A DNA stretch of 64,000 bases from Vermamoeba vermiformis (Eukaryota), in assembly GCA_045837725.1 (NCBI GenBank), contig JBEWZL010000126.1:62001-126000 (forward strand). The letters run 5' to 3'. A program made the position numbers and the translations under genes. Shown here in pieces: positions 1 to 14,112 of this stretch; position 1 is the stretch's first letter, and each line of letters opens with the position of its first letter. The notes under the pieces were generated by a model. The model worked only from the letters and a program-made list of their open reading frames with translations, was not told the DNA's origin and ran no database searches.

Positions 1-701
1 AGTTAAAATGGAAGACAAAATGGTTTGGTGTTCCTTGTTGATCTGCAGAATTAAAATTGCAACACTCGATATAAAAACACCATTGTTTACTGCAGGACTG
101 CACCGCAACGAACACAATGAAGTCAAGATTGGGCACTTCAATTTACATTATTCGTAATATAACGGCAGGTCCCGCCAAGTTTGGAATTTATTTATTTATT
201 AATAACAAACAAGGTAACTTCTAATAATAGATCTTAAATTTAAACGGCATCTGCGATCGGATTCAACCAAGGCTATAGCAATATTTTTAATATTAATTAT
301 AATTAAATCCAGCTCGACTCGATTAATTCCGGCGAGTGGCGCATCAACCAGTTGGTAAGTTACATATTTAAGGCAATCTAATACCAGTTTTTAATTAAGT
401 CGATATTTCCATTGACTATTTTAAGGAAATACGACTTGAACCAATGTTATTCCGCTCTGAAATCGAAAATCGTGCCAAGACCCCAGGAATCCCTGCACGA
501 CCCCGAATCAAGGTAAAAACAAGCAAATATATCGTTAAAAGTATAATTTGATTCAAGCGCTTGAATAATTGGATATTGAAGACGAATCGTAGAAAGTTTG
601 ATTATTTTCTCGTTTTTGTTTGGATCGACACAAACGCTCATCGATTTATTTCAAAGACTCGTTTGCATCATCACGTTACCCTTTAATTGTTTTACGCTGC
701 A

Positions 702-3700
702 ATGGATCAAGAGCCTGATATTGTGGCACGAGGTAAGTAGTGTCTCTCTTATTTACGAAGAACGGCATCTAATGGCAATTTTAGCTCTTATGGAGAATGC
801 AGACCGAGATGCATGGGTACAGGAGCAGAAAACAACTGCTGAATTGCTCGAGCACTTGGATTCGAAGCTCATTACCGCCGATCTCCACACGCACTTCATG
901 GGAATGGGAGATCACTCGTTCTGGATCGATCAAATCATGCGAAAGTACTTGTTCTCTAACAACGATAGACCACTGGAGTCATTGGAGTGGTACGGTCCGT
1001 TGTGCTTTCGCGAGTTTCCAACCCTCGAGATTATATTAAAGACTCCGGAAAAAGAAGGAAGCTATATTGCACAGTACGGCGAAGATGCCACAGTAATGGA
1101 GGTAAGAGCAACTACCGTAGGCTTACTGAGCTAATACATGTTTAGCTTCGTGACGGCGTTTATCACGCAAGACTTCATCCGACTTCGGATCCATTTACGT
1201 TCACTGTTCTTCATAACCAAATGGCAAAGGCATTTACAATACGCAACTGGGGCCTTTCTTCTCGCGTCGTGTGTGACTGGGGTGGAAATCAGCATATAGA
1301 TGTGGTATGTATCGGGTAAAATAAATTTAATCGTTTACCATTCTTAATTGTTGATAATAGGGCTCCAAGGACGAGAGTGCAAAAAATAAATGGCTGGATC
1401 TTGATTTGCGAGATCAAGATTGGAACGTCTACACGATGCTGAACTGGAAGGAATTAAAGCCAATACGGTTCTCCGCGCAACTAGTGGGGAACATTCTTCG
1501 AGCGTTCCGTGACAAAGAATGGCTCAATCTACCTTTGTCTACATCGTTATGTAAAAAGCTCTCGCGCACGTCAATGGATGCACCGCAGTGGGAATGGCAA
1601 ACGGCCCTCAATTTCACGACTGACGTAGTGTTCGACATCGACGCCTTGCGTGAATCGATGAATATAAAGCCGAACCTTGGACAAGACAATGTGGTTCACG
1701 AAATAATTGCACGTCTGGCGTTGAACCGAAATGGTAACAGTGCCCGTTACCTCAAAGAGTACATGTTCTTCAACGCGGCAACACAGCAATTCGACTATCA
1801 ATTGGGAATCACCAACACGGATCTGTGTTATCTCATGGAAGCACGCAGTGGGACAGAACTAGAAGCAAAGGCAACATTGGCTCAGATTCGCAACTGCTTC
1901 ACGATGCTCAACGTTGACGGCTCAACACCATCAAACTCTGATTTGGTTCATCGATTCAGACGCCGCTTCACACCCGAGTTCTATCCGATGCGCTTCAAGC
2001 TTCGTGACCCGATCTATGAGCAACATCCGTACACACTCACTCTTCTACTCAAGCATGTGTTGATGAGCTACGCGCAATCAAGAACAAGCTACATAGAATT
2101 TTCTTTGAGCTGGAAAGATATGACTACGCCTTGGATCTATCAATACTTGGTCCATAACTCCGTTTGGAATACGATACCTGCGGGTACCGGCGGCAAGATG
2201 AAATACAGATTTCTGCTAGGAATTTCTCGCACTCTTGTCAAGCTTCCAATTGACGGAGAGTTAAGAAGAGCTACAAGTACCGAAGCACTGGACTTGTTAA
2301 TCAAAGAACCATACACTGCGATGTCACATTCGCTGAATGCTGAAGCCTATTCGGATTTCACGCCCATACTTCATAAGCTGAAGTCCTTATTTCAAATGCT
2401 GCTGCAGAAAGACGACCGTAATCGCGGCGTTCTGTCTACCGTCGTTGGTTTGGATCTGGTTTCTGAAGAGCTTGGATTTCCATACTGCCCGTTCATTCAA
2501 GACGAATGGCTCGATTTGGCATCAAAATTCAAGCTTGGCATTCGCTTGCATTGTGGCGAAGGTGTCATTCGAGAAGAGAAAGGTCGAATTGCAAAGGCAA
2601 TGTACGCACACATGTTCATCATGGCATTGGCAATCCGTCGCATTTGTGCTCGAGGAATCAAGTGCAGAATTGGTCATGGTGTTGCTTTTCAAGACTGCAT
2701 CATCAAAGAACTGACGGAAAAGAAGAAGAACTACGAGCGAGTTCCCTCATCGTTTGACGTGCACATTCCCGATGGCACTAGGTCTCTCACTCCATTCTTG
2801 GCTCTCATCTCCGATCTGTTGGTTGAAGTGAACATCACCAGCAACTCTTACCTTGTTCAACATGCAAACTCACGTACTTTGATCAATTCCATGAAGAGTT
2901 GGCTTCTCTGCACTGATGACGATGGTGTGTGGGCACCTCCGCCTTGTGCGCACGACCACAAACTTCAAGCACGAGAATACTGTCGTGCAATATCAATGGG
3001 CTGCATTGAATTGAAGGACTTAGAGAAGGCGGGAAAAGAACACTGGACGAGGTTTCGCTTCAACCACTCAACTTTCGAACAAAAAGAGATTCTAAAGCTA
3101 GAACACACTTGGACGTGCAAGGTTCAACATCCTCGAGCTTACGCTGCAATAGCGTTGGCATTATGCAGTCACCAAATGCTTTTGAAGTATGACACTCTGA
3201 ACGCTCTTGGTGTGATCGAACTTCTTCATTCGTTTGGCTACTATGATGGCTTTGAGAAATTTGCGGCAACAATTAAATCTGATATATTGTCGCAAATAAT
3301 GAATCCTCGACAACAATTTGCCAGCAGCGACGTCAAAATTCAATACTTCGTCAAACTACTGAACCCTGATGGGACATATTATGGCCTACTGCGCTCGTTG
3401 TTCCTTGGATGCGACGAATGTCTTCACTTAATTTGGTACGAAAGAGCTATTCAAACTCTTTGTGAGCAACGAGCTGAATTTCCTGTGCCACCTCTCATGC
3501 CTGGCGATCCAGTAAACAATATTCACGAAGCTCGAAGAAATCAGGCAGCCAACACAATAGATGCTGCAAATCAAGTGTTGGATAAGATTGTTTCTTGGAT
3601 AACGAGCATTCAACAACACCAAGAAGTGAAGAACAATCAGAATATTGTTGATTGGATGCAGTCACGTGTATCACTTGTTTATCAGCGAGGTCGTTCAGAA

Positions 3701-6498
3701 ATGGAATATGGACAAAAAGTTCAGCTTTCGCACTATGAAGCTCCTCGACGTGCTATTGAAGATCACAATTACGAGAAGGTATTGCAGCAATGGACGAAAA
3801 GGACAAACAGTGACTGGGAAACACTCGTGAAGAACTCCCAAACAATCAAGGAGCTTGAGGGACTGGTTCTCTGCGACGCAAAGTACTTTAAACCAAATTA
3901 TGAGCCGATTGACGAACCGAGCTCATTTTTTAACATCATTTGGAACACCCAAGATTGGTACATCCGTCCCCTGCCACCAAGCTACTCTGGAGACTATGCA
4001 CACGTTGTTTCCGCGGATTTAGAAGGGTTTCATACTATAATTAGAGCAGAGGACCGAGTTCCCGTCGTATGGTACAACGCTGCATTATCCATTGCAAAAC
4101 GCCTCTACAAGAACAATCCCCGAATCATTCGCATCGCAGGTGTTGGCTATTCAGGATCAGCCATTGCAGTTCTTGCTGGAATGATGATTGCAACGGAAAT
4201 GCGTCACCAAGAAGTGGCCGACAAAAGATCAGTGTCGAATGAAGTTATTGTCTGGACTTATGGTGGCAAGCAGTTTGGCTCGAAGTCTTTCCACAACAAA
4301 GTTCACAACTTGTGCCCATACAACTTGGAAATCACTAGGTGGATAAGCTTGCACGATACTGTCGCAAGAGACGAACAGAACAAGGACAACCTTTACGCAG
4401 CACCTTATTGCGTTGACAAAGATCTTGTGGTCTATCCACTTGGACCACCAAGGATTATGTCCTGGGAGCTGCGACCATCATGGCACTACTTCACGTTGAT
4501 GCTTCATCACCTTCCTCCGTGCATGGAATTCCGCCATCAAATAAGAAAACCGAACGAAATGAGCATCTTTTTTGCCGATGACAAGCGAGACCTGAAGTCT
4601 CTGGCCCAGTCTCTCTACTTCCCCAACTACACGCTTGTGTGTACACACGAAGGTGACCACAATGACTATGGTCCGCTTACAACCAAACATACGGTCACCA
4701 CTCCGAGAATTGCTCCATACGCGTGGAAATGGCACCCTCAACAACGCAAGACATGGAAGAATGTCTTTGATTTGGCACCAGTTCAAACAACGATGCGACT
4801 TCTTGGTGATTATCTCCGAGCAATAATGGCCTTACCAAAGAACACTATTATTTCACCTTCGGAGACCCAATGCGACATTGTTAGCTTCATTACGATGTCC
4901 CCGAGAGATTTGAAAGACTTGAACGATGAAATTGCAAAGTTTGCGACGCGTTTGCCAAGCACTGGCACCAAAACGCTACCTTTCTTCATGGACTTGATGA
5001 ACCGACGAGACAGTTTCGAGGAAGAATATTGCTTACTCTTGCTGGACTTCATATCCGTGTCAGAAAGAGATTCGCACGTTTCGACAATCTATCAAAAGCT
5101 GGAGAAGTCATATTCCACAGAGAAGTCGAGTCTGATTAAAAGCTTCCGCCATCCAGAGAACAATTTGATTACCAACCTCGAGATGGTGCTCTTCGTTCTC
5201 CGAAATTGCAACATTAGCAACCCCTTTTTGCACGGCATCCTCGATCAGTTGGACAACATGATTGATGAATTATCAGCACCTATTGACGACAACACAGTCA
5301 AGGCTAAAATACTCAAACTGCTTCTTCGCGGATCGCTGAAAATGCGCGACAAGTGGCAGTCAAACGTCGTCGATGCCAAGTATTATTCGGCGAAATACAA
5401 GAAGCTATTTGCTGCCGCCAAAGTTGGGTCCTACAAGTACTTTGATTTGGCGTTATCTCTTCACTTCCTGGACGGTCAAGACAACACGCAAATGATCGAA
5501 GCGGCACTGCAACGACTTTGGAAAGTAATAGATTGGATGACCAGACGAATGGACCAACGACATTTTGCTGACGTTTCCGATTTGTGGAAGTACAAGCTTG
5601 ATCGCGTTGACCAAGCCATAAGCTTTTTGAGCAAACTTAGCACTCAAGAACCAACTGAACGCAATCGCTTGGATGCAGTTCAATTTGCGAACCCTGAATT
5701 CACATATATCTACCAAGTCGTATACGCGAAGTTCAAACTTTTTTCATCGCCAAATCAATCGAGTCAAATAAGTAAGGCACTCTTTGCTCTTCTAATTCGA
5801 TTTTAATCAAATTTACAGAAGTTTGGACGAAGCTAAAAGAAACTATCGATCAGTGGTGTGCTCTGAACAATAGAACGCATCACGTGCTTTTGGCTGATAC
5901 GATTTTTGAATACATCCAAAATCTTGGTCAATCACTGCCAGCAGAAGAAATGGAGAAGCTACGCACCGTTTGCAAAGACTTGAGCAAAACCTTGAAGCCA
6001 ATGAAGGATGACAGTATGGCCCTGTGGGTGCGAGCAGCGTTGCTTTACCAACTTGGTATGATCAAAAGAAAAGCCAAATACTTTGTGAAGGCTGTGAACA
6101 TCTTCTCAACGCTGTGGGAAACTGGCATGCACCCGAAGGACAGATTTTCCGTCGCTTTAAACGCTGCGTGTTGCTTGGCGAGAATCGGAGATGACGGTCA
6201 CATAGCACAAGCAATCTCTTGGATTGGTAACTTCTTCGACGTGTTGCGAATTGCTGACGACATGGACCGTCGAGTAGCACTCGATTGGTTCAAAAAAGAA
6301 TTGGAAAGTGAAGCGGGCGATTTGAACAACAAACTGCTCAAACAATTAATCAAGCCGTGGTTCGATGAAACAAAGTCACACTTTGACAAATCTTCTCAAG
6401 CTGAAGCTCAGGAAGAGTATGAATTAGCCGAAGTTACTGTCACTCGCGAGTGCGTCGTTAATACTAATTATAAAGTTTGTTCTTTTTTTCCGGAATAA
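702..6498 (+). CDS. Large spliced protein: adenosine/AMP deaminase domain + class-3 lipase-like domain + helical/TPR-like C-terminus
   Basis: ATG 702; in-phase GT-AG introns 733-784, 1102-1145, ~1305-1360 and 5772-5818 join ORFs 598, 1406 and 5884. Deaminase motifs DLHTHxxG, YIEFS, VVGLDLV, LHCGEG, RIGHGV, VEVNITSN, CTDDDG. Lipase-3-like IAGVGYSGSAIA...VWTYGGKQFG...RWISLHDTV. TPR-like ALNAACCLARIG. A further small 3' intron (stop near 6552) is possible. Confidence 0.8.
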
Positions 6499-6700
6499 AT
6501 TGATAAGGTGCAAAGGTTGCATCACTGTTCCTTACGAAAATACGTGACGTAGTTTACCTATTTGTACGACGTTGGAGTGAAACGTTATTTAGCATTAATG
6601 GTGGAATAACAAGGCAAAAAAAGTACCAAAATCAGGCAAGGCACTGTATTTAAAGAGCAGCTACATCATTAATTAGAGCTCTTTGAGCAAGCTAAGCAAC

Positions 6701-9226
6701 TTAAGGCAAGTTGGTAGTGACGTACTTGCGCATAACAGCGAAGTTGGGAGTACCGAGACCAGTCTATGAAAGGTGACATTAATATCAAAATATTACTACA
6801 TTTGACTAGTTTGACTTACAACTGCGTCCCAGCCCTTGGTGGCACCGTAACCATAAGTGCAACATTGATCAATGCTGCAGTGGTTGTCACCCATAGTAAC
6901 GTCTATTCGATCTCGTTAGTAAACACTAGTGATGGAGGTGTCAAGTAGACTCACCGTTGAAAGTAGCAGGGTTGTCGCCATACATCTTGTAGAGCATGGG
7001 ATTCAAGAAACCGAGGGGTGCCTTGTTGTTGATAGCGCGAGCGTCGTTCAACAAAGCGATCAAAGCAGCGGCAATGGGAGTAGCAGCAGAAGTACCAGCA
7101 CCAATGGAAACTGAGCCACCGCTAATGGTCAACAATCTCGAGCCAACAGCAGAGAAGTCAGGGTAGCCTCTGTTGGCAGAGTTGAAGTACTGAGAGGGAG
7201 GAATGAACAAGTTAGGAGTGCGCAAGTATTGTTGCACGAAGGAAGCCTAGAAGAGTATTGCAAGTTAGTACTGTAAGCACAGCATTACAGTCTAAAAGTA
7301 ACGTACTTGATACGCAGGCATTGTGGAGATTTCAGAAAAACCACCGCCAGTAGTCCAAGCGTAGTAACTACACAGAAGAGTTAATGACTATTAATCATCA
7401 CTAAGCACAGAGCTTACGTGTTGTTGGTCATACAAGGCCACTCAGTGACAGATCCACTCACGCAAGGGAAACCTTGTTGGCAGATCGGCAAGTTGTTTTG
7501 AGCAACGCTGCGCTTCAGGTGTTGATCGACAGAAGAAGGAGGAGTCAAAGTGGTACCACTGATGGCAGTGATGTAAGGTGACGATGACGGGTAGATGGCG
7601 AAGACAGGGTGAGCGGTGTTGGAGCAGTCGGAGTTGGTGGGACCAGGAGCACCTTCGTCTTGAGTGGCAGCCAACATACTGACACCTGTCAAGCAGCGTT
7701 AATTCTGACTAAGCTCCGACAAGTTACGCGAGTAGCAACTTACGTCTGAGACCCACTTTGATGAGTTCGACATTGGTTCGGTTGACCCATTGAGCAACAG
7801 ACATGCTGCCGCAGTTAGCACCAGTGACAGCAGAGTCGCAAGAGTCAGATTCGGGCCAACCGTAGGAGATTGAGACAACTTGAGGAGCTTCCTTCAAGTT
7901 GAACAACTCAAGAGCCATTTCGTAGATCCAGCCAGTGGAGACGGTGTAGTACCAGTTGGTGACTGCCGCGACCCGTTAGTCCCTACGCAATGCATTGTGA
8001 CACTTACCCTTAGTGCCGAGACCAGTCAAGAGCTCGACGTCCAAAGTGCTCTCGGTGTCTTCTTGGCCCTCAATAAACGGGCCTATGATCTTAGTGTAGT
8101 TGGTGTAAACTTCGTTAGACATTTGGCAGAACTGTTGAACGTCGGTGTAAAGAGGAGAGCCGACGGGCAAGAACTCCATGGCAACTTGGTTGGTCTTTTG
8201 GCTCTTGGCGGCAGTACCGGCAGGAACGTTGTAGACCGAGCGCAAGTTGGAGATGGAGACGTAAGGGTAGTTGGCGGATTGTCTGTTTGAAGCGTTAATA
8301 CATCGTATAAGAACGCCTCGTAGATATAATATCTAGTTTTAAGCGTATTAAGGATTAAAATACGCGTTAATCTGGTTGACAAAGTCACGTGTCAAACTGA
8401 TCTCGAGTCTTACCTCTTTGCTTGGGCGAGGATTTCTTGCTTCTTTGCAATGTTCAACTTCTCGTTCAACTTGGTGCCAATGTCCTTGCGAACAAACGGG
8501 AACATAGTCAAGCCAGTGATCATGTAGACCTTGTCAGAGATCTCTTCGGGGATCGTGAAGCCTCCAACTTGACGAATGGCGTGGATGTGAGTCTTGCGAG
8601 TGTTTTGGAACTTGTACATGCGAGTTTTGAGCATCTTTTCGACCAAATGCACTGGCGCGGTGATTTTCAAGGCGTCGCCGAAAGATTGGACTTGTACGTT
8701 ACCTGCACAAATTGTTAGACGCCTTTGCTTTTAACAAACAAAAAAAGAAATGCTATACATACCGTGGGCTTTGAACCAGTTAACAACAGCGTCGTGGTCT
8801 TCCTTGGGTGGGGCGATCAAGGTCATGATCTGTTCTTGAGTCATTGCCTCACCTTTAAAATTTTTGTTAATTACACTAACACTTGTCAAGATTAATATTA
8901 TTACCATAGCGAGGGTGGGTGGGGTCGCTCACTTCGAACAAGTGTTTCTATATTAAAGACAGATGAGACACGAATCTGTCAAAGAAGTTTCGTACAGGAC
9001 GTGATTTGGGATTCAATAATTATGATGCTTAACAATAAAATAATATAATTTAATATTAGAAAATTACCTCAAGCAAGTCGGTATTGCGTTGATGAAGAGC
9101 AACGTGGAAAGTAATGGGCTCATCTGCTCTAGCTGAACGAAGCATCTTCCATTCTTTAGGGTCTCTAGAGCACGACACGGCATGCAAGGCCGCAAGGCAA
9201 ATAATCGCTATAATTACGGCTTTCAT
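6701..9226 (-). CDS. Sedolisin / tripeptidyl-peptidase I-like S53 peptidase (secreted, multi-exon)
   Basis: Signal peptide MKAVIIAIICLAALHAVSC, prodomain, then ESTLDVE, SISYGW, RGYPDFSA, catalytic GTSAATP, LGFLNPMLY and C-terminal TGLGTPNF; TAA at 6701-6703. Confidence 0.92.
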
Positions 9227-10003
9227 TGTGGCTGAAAAATATTGTTAGATCTGACATAATATAAGACGTGCAAACACATATTGTACAAGATTAAATATTA
9301 ACAACCTTAACTTACCAGTGGTATTTGTCACAAGATACTTAAAAAAATACCAAAAAAAAGTGAAGTAAATTTTGTCGGGTCAATTGGACCATTTGTCTCC
9401 CAAAAATATCGCTGAGCCCTCCAATGATAATTTAAATAACGCAGTTAATGTATTTGTTTATGGCCACGGAGTGCATGCCTTCTAACTATCCTAAGTGATG
9501 CGTGTTGGGGCACGGGATCTGAGCATCTAGAGTATGCAGGTATCCAATTTTAATATTATCGGATTTTTGTTGCAAATAAATAAACTCTTGCTCGTGCAAC
9601 AATATTAAATTAACGTGTTGATTAAAATACAGATATCGATTATTTTTCAGATCTGAAAAATTACTGCAAAAAATCTATTTTGACCAGTTTGAAATTATTT
9701 AAAAATTACCTGAAATATTAAATAAGCGTTCGTAGTGAATTAACTGGGTTTCTCTTCTAAATTCTTAAGAGAAATATTTTCTTCTTGCTCGAGCCATTCT
9801 TTGCATCGATTTTTGGAATAACATTAGCGCTGATCCTTCTTCAGTAATTTGCACAATAAAGACACCACGCTTTGGCGTTGGAATATTTTTCCGATGAGCG
9901 CTAATCGAAACTGGAACTTTCGTCCAATATTTCGTTACGACAGTACAGAACTTAGTTGAAATACTTTGCTTGGCCTTGCGAACAGTACCTAAAGTGTCTA
10001 AAA

Positions 10004-11604
10004 ATGAAGACAATCATTGTTTTGCTTGCTTTACTTTCATTGGTAAGTGAGAAAAGTTAAAGATCCAAGCGTGGATCCACGGATTTGCCTTTTAGAACCG
10101 TATAACTAGTTTAATATTGACTCCTTATTACGTTTAGGCTATCGCTCAACAGAGGCCAGTGATATTCAGTTCAGCCTACAGTCTCAACGGCAATTATTAC
10201 TGGTTTGTTGGACAGACTGAGATCAGCTCTGGTATCACCAACGAATTGGTTAACACCTTCTATAGTATTGATAGCGCGTATGTATATTACTTTCCGAGAA
10301 TTCTTTTTCGCTCCACAAACTTTTTATCAGATTCGATTTTTACTAATTTTGATCTGTAGCGCTGGTTATCTTGGAATTTCTGCATTTGATACCGACAAGG
10401 GCGTGTATTATTACGTCAGCGATGGTAGTTCTGGGGCTTTGGGCATCCGCGCCGATGTTTTAAGAAGCACCATAAAGGCTCCGATCGGATTTCAAATGGA
10501 CTGGGTCAACCAGTACGTTTTATGCAGGAGCTACGTACTGCATTGATACTAATATTTGTATATAGATTGAATTACGACCCTATCAAAAAGCGTGTGCTTG
10601 GTAAGTTGGTTCCTAAGGTGGATGTGATCAACTCGCGAGATGGGATTAGTGACTTAAGAGTTGATGAAATGAACCAGTTAACTAACATATATAATATTAA
10701 ACAGTTGCTGGTAGTGGCCGGGGAGTTCCGGCCTTAATTTCAGTTCCAACGGACGAATCCATTAAATCCAGTTCCGGTAAGTACATGTGAATACACGTAT
10801 AGTATTTTATGTATACTTACGGTTAATCCCATGCCTAGCGGTAATTACGTTCGATTTTATTGGTAAATTCCGTCTATCTGCTTTGGATTCGGCCAACCAA
10901 CAGTATTATTTCATTACTATGCAGCAAGTCAATAATAGTTATGTAGATTTCTTGATTTATCAGGTGCGTATCCTTTAAAGATCGCATTAGTAGCGATACA
11001 AACTAAAATTTTTTGGTGCAGCTGGATTTGAACAATCCTGGTCGTGGCGCCGGTCCCACTAAATTGAACTGCCAACGAACGGTATTCCCTAGCAAATTGG
11101 TTTGGGACTCTCAGCAACAACAATTAATCATGTTTGGAATTGAACCAGGTACGGATTTTTCTTTTTATTTTAGAGATAATTATGCGAAAACATTTAGCCT
11201 TAAACTTCCTATTAATGTACGATCAACTCTACGATAGTTTATTTTCGGACCAGCTCAATAACAATTTCGCGCACGAGGGGAAATTTCTTCTAATATTAAA
11301 AAAACTTCGAAATACTGATCGCCATAGATATTAACGAGATTTATCCTTATTAGACGTTCCTACTATCAATTATTACACCCACTACATTTCAATAACTGGC
11401 GCGTGCGTTCAAAAGAAACTTGCTATTCCAGGCCCCGACGCACTTTTCACCTATGACCAGTACACGGGACTCGGCTATGCAGTGATGGCACCTGGGGGTA
11501 TTAATACATTATACACTTTCAATGCTAGCTCTGGTGCAATTGAAGATAAGGTAGTTTTGGGATCCACCGCCAAAATTCAATCTATTGAACTCGCTTATGT
11601 TTAA
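10004..11604 (+). CDS. Secreted hypothetical protein, many short exons, possibly beta-propeller-like
   Basis: ATG 10004 with hydrophobic MKTIIVLLALLSL, then a GTAAGT donor. Successive exons carry SAFDxxKGVYYY, SALDSANQQYYF and LVWDSQQQQLI-type blades. TAA at 11602-11604. Confidence 0.6.
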
Positions 11605-11803
11605 TCGCGAGTCCCTAGCCCTCGATACGAGTGACGTAAATAAATAGTGTTTGTTTCAATGGTTATACCCACCATTGCTTAATTTGTTATATTCCAATAT
11701 TATTTTTAATAAAAAACCAGATCCGAAGGTCATGGTGCAATTTAGATTTACATATGCACATTATTGTACGTACAAATTCGTCATTTATTGCTAAATGCTG
11801 GAG

Positions 11804-13841
11804 TTAATTTACCGTGGCCTCGTCACTAATCACTTGCACAGGACCTTGCGGAGTTTTCGTGCGGAGTATAATGATGCATTGGCCGTCGCGCATTTTAATG
11901 TCTTCAGGCCTAATTTTCGTTTTATACAAATTGGCGTTCGGCACTTTGATCGTACGTTCAAATTGCCCTCCGGTCCGTTCTCTTGAGAGCACAGCCAAGC
12001 TATCGGCACCCCCTCCGAATTCCTCAAGAATATTTTGATGGATCAGATTCAGATCTCTTTGGCCTTTTATGAAATTAGAATTGATTTTTTAAAATTCTTC
12101 GTATTACAGCACATACCCCTCAGAACAATCGTTCGAGTGGCATTATCGTACTCAACGCTCAGCTGAGTGCCTGAATTAGGTCTGCTACTGAACCCGGGTA
12201 TATCAACGGCTATAATTAAATTTTGATTCGCTTCGTTTGACTCGGGCTGCAGGACATCGAACTACGACGAGTGTAAGTAGATTGTTATCGACAAATATTA
12301 ATGACTTTTGTACTTACTAAAGGCTCAAAGCCTGGAGCAGTTCTAACCCAAATAAAGTGACCATCAAAGTGTACGTCAGATTTTCGCAATCTTAAGTTGC
12401 CTTGCACAAGAAGCACGTTTTCGTGGTGGATCTCGTCTCGCCTTGGCACATCGTCATTTTTTCTGGTCCAATCTGTACACGTCATATTAATAAACCATAG
12501 GCGATATTATTAACTTAATTTACCATAACCGAATGCACGTCTTGGATTTTCATTGACCGGCGCGTCATTATTATTATTGTTATTATTGTTCATTTCAAGG
12601 TCAATATCAACGCCGCCCACTTCAGCTGGATTAGCGCCAATGTCAATTCTTTGGAACGAGACTGTTTGCACTTCAGCAAGGTACTCCTCGAGGCAGTTCT
12701 TCGCGTTCGTCAGAATCATGTCGGTCAATGATTTTCTGTCGCCTTGTGCTTGCGTCAACAACTTGGAGCGAAGCCAGTCAAACACCTTGTTATTCCAGTT
12801 TGACCCAAATTCCGTGGCGTGATTGGCAAGGCAGACGTGATAAATGTTCGGTTTGACTGCGTGTGAATTGGAGTTTTCTCCTTTAATTCGTAAAGTCATC
12901 ACGGGCACATCCGGCGCTGTTTTTTCGTAACAAGTACGACCGTCGTAACTGCCCAGCACAAATTTCTATAAAAAAGAATTAGAATCAATATATATATAGC
13001 AATGAATTAATGTCTTGCTTACCGACCAGCGCTCATAAGTTTCTTCGGCGGTGTTCGCGTCTTTGTAATTATGAATTACGTAGATCTGCGTCGGCAACTT
13101 GCGAAGCTGTTGAACTCGGTGCAAGATAGTATCGAGCAACTCTTGGTCGTTGAAAGTGAGTTCATTGAACACCAAAAGAATTACGTCGGAGAGCGCGATC
13201 TGAAGGTCGGAGATGAAGTACTCGAGTGCTTTTTTGTTGGCCATGTAGTGCGCCAATCAGGTTGACTTAACAATCCAGCAACAGCTTTAACATCGTTAAT
13301 AATTGGACGAATATATAGTACGAAGTAACTTACATCCTCGAAGCGGACTGTTTGTTCCGGATGTGTCCAAGTAAATCACGTTTGAGTTGTCGTTATCCTT
13401 GGGACATAAGAAGCTCAAGCCTTTCGTTTGAATTTTGCTACCACATGGCAACAATGTTTCCGCGAGCTGATTTATAATAAAAGTTTTTCCGCGATCGAAT
13501 CTGCCCATAATCGAAACAATATTTGGAGGGTCTTTAAAATATTGATCGATTACTCGACATAGCTCTCTATTCGGATTTTGACTCGCTCGTTCACGAAGCC
13601 ACGGCGAAATCGATACAGGCCATTGTAGACTTAGTCCGTCGCAGATGTTGTTAATGTCGATGACCAGATCGTAGTCCGTGGACTTTCTTTCTTCTTCTGA
13701 ACTAGCAGATGATTCTTCTTCGATATCGTCTTGCTCTTGGGCGAGGTTGTTTTCCAGCACAGGTGGGTTTTCATTCTGGACCAACTCGACGTCATTTCGT
13801 ACTGGATTGTCGTTTTGTGCGCGAGTGAGTACGTTGCCCAT
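11804..13841 (-). CDS. P-loop GTPase with C-terminal HSP20/alpha-crystallin-like domain; possible N-myristoylation
   Basis: Start MGNVLT. G1 MGRFDRGKT, G3 YLDTSG, G4-like VIHNYKD. C-terminal IIAVDIPG...GQFERTIKVP...MRDGQCIIIL resembles HSP20. Exons are joined by short GT-AG introns. Confidence 0.72.
12566..12591. repeat. AAT/AAC trinucleotide run encoding poly-Asn in the GTPase gene
   Basis: cattattattattgttattattgttc on the + strand; MNNNNNNNND in ORF 12510-12959. Confidence 0.8.
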
Positions 13842-14112
13842 TTGTGCTGCTATAATAAAGATTTGTTTAGATGTTATGGACAAAAAAATCGTTTTTAAGC
13901 TTTCTTTAAAGAATAGAATCGTAGCAATTCTTAGTTAATGTTATTCTTTTAGATTCACAAAGAATACAATACGCACTTTTTGTGTCTAGATCGAGTCAAA
14001 ATTAAATTTAAATCACTTACTCCGCTAGCGGGCCTTGTACCCAGCCTACATTTTTGACTCTCACTGTTTTCCGCCGTATTGCTTCCGGCGTTTCAGGATA
14101 TTTGCACGGTAA

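Noticed and set aside
1-100. Possible minus-strand exon running off the window start
   Set aside because: Only an acceptor-like signal and ~14 codons; not enough to call.
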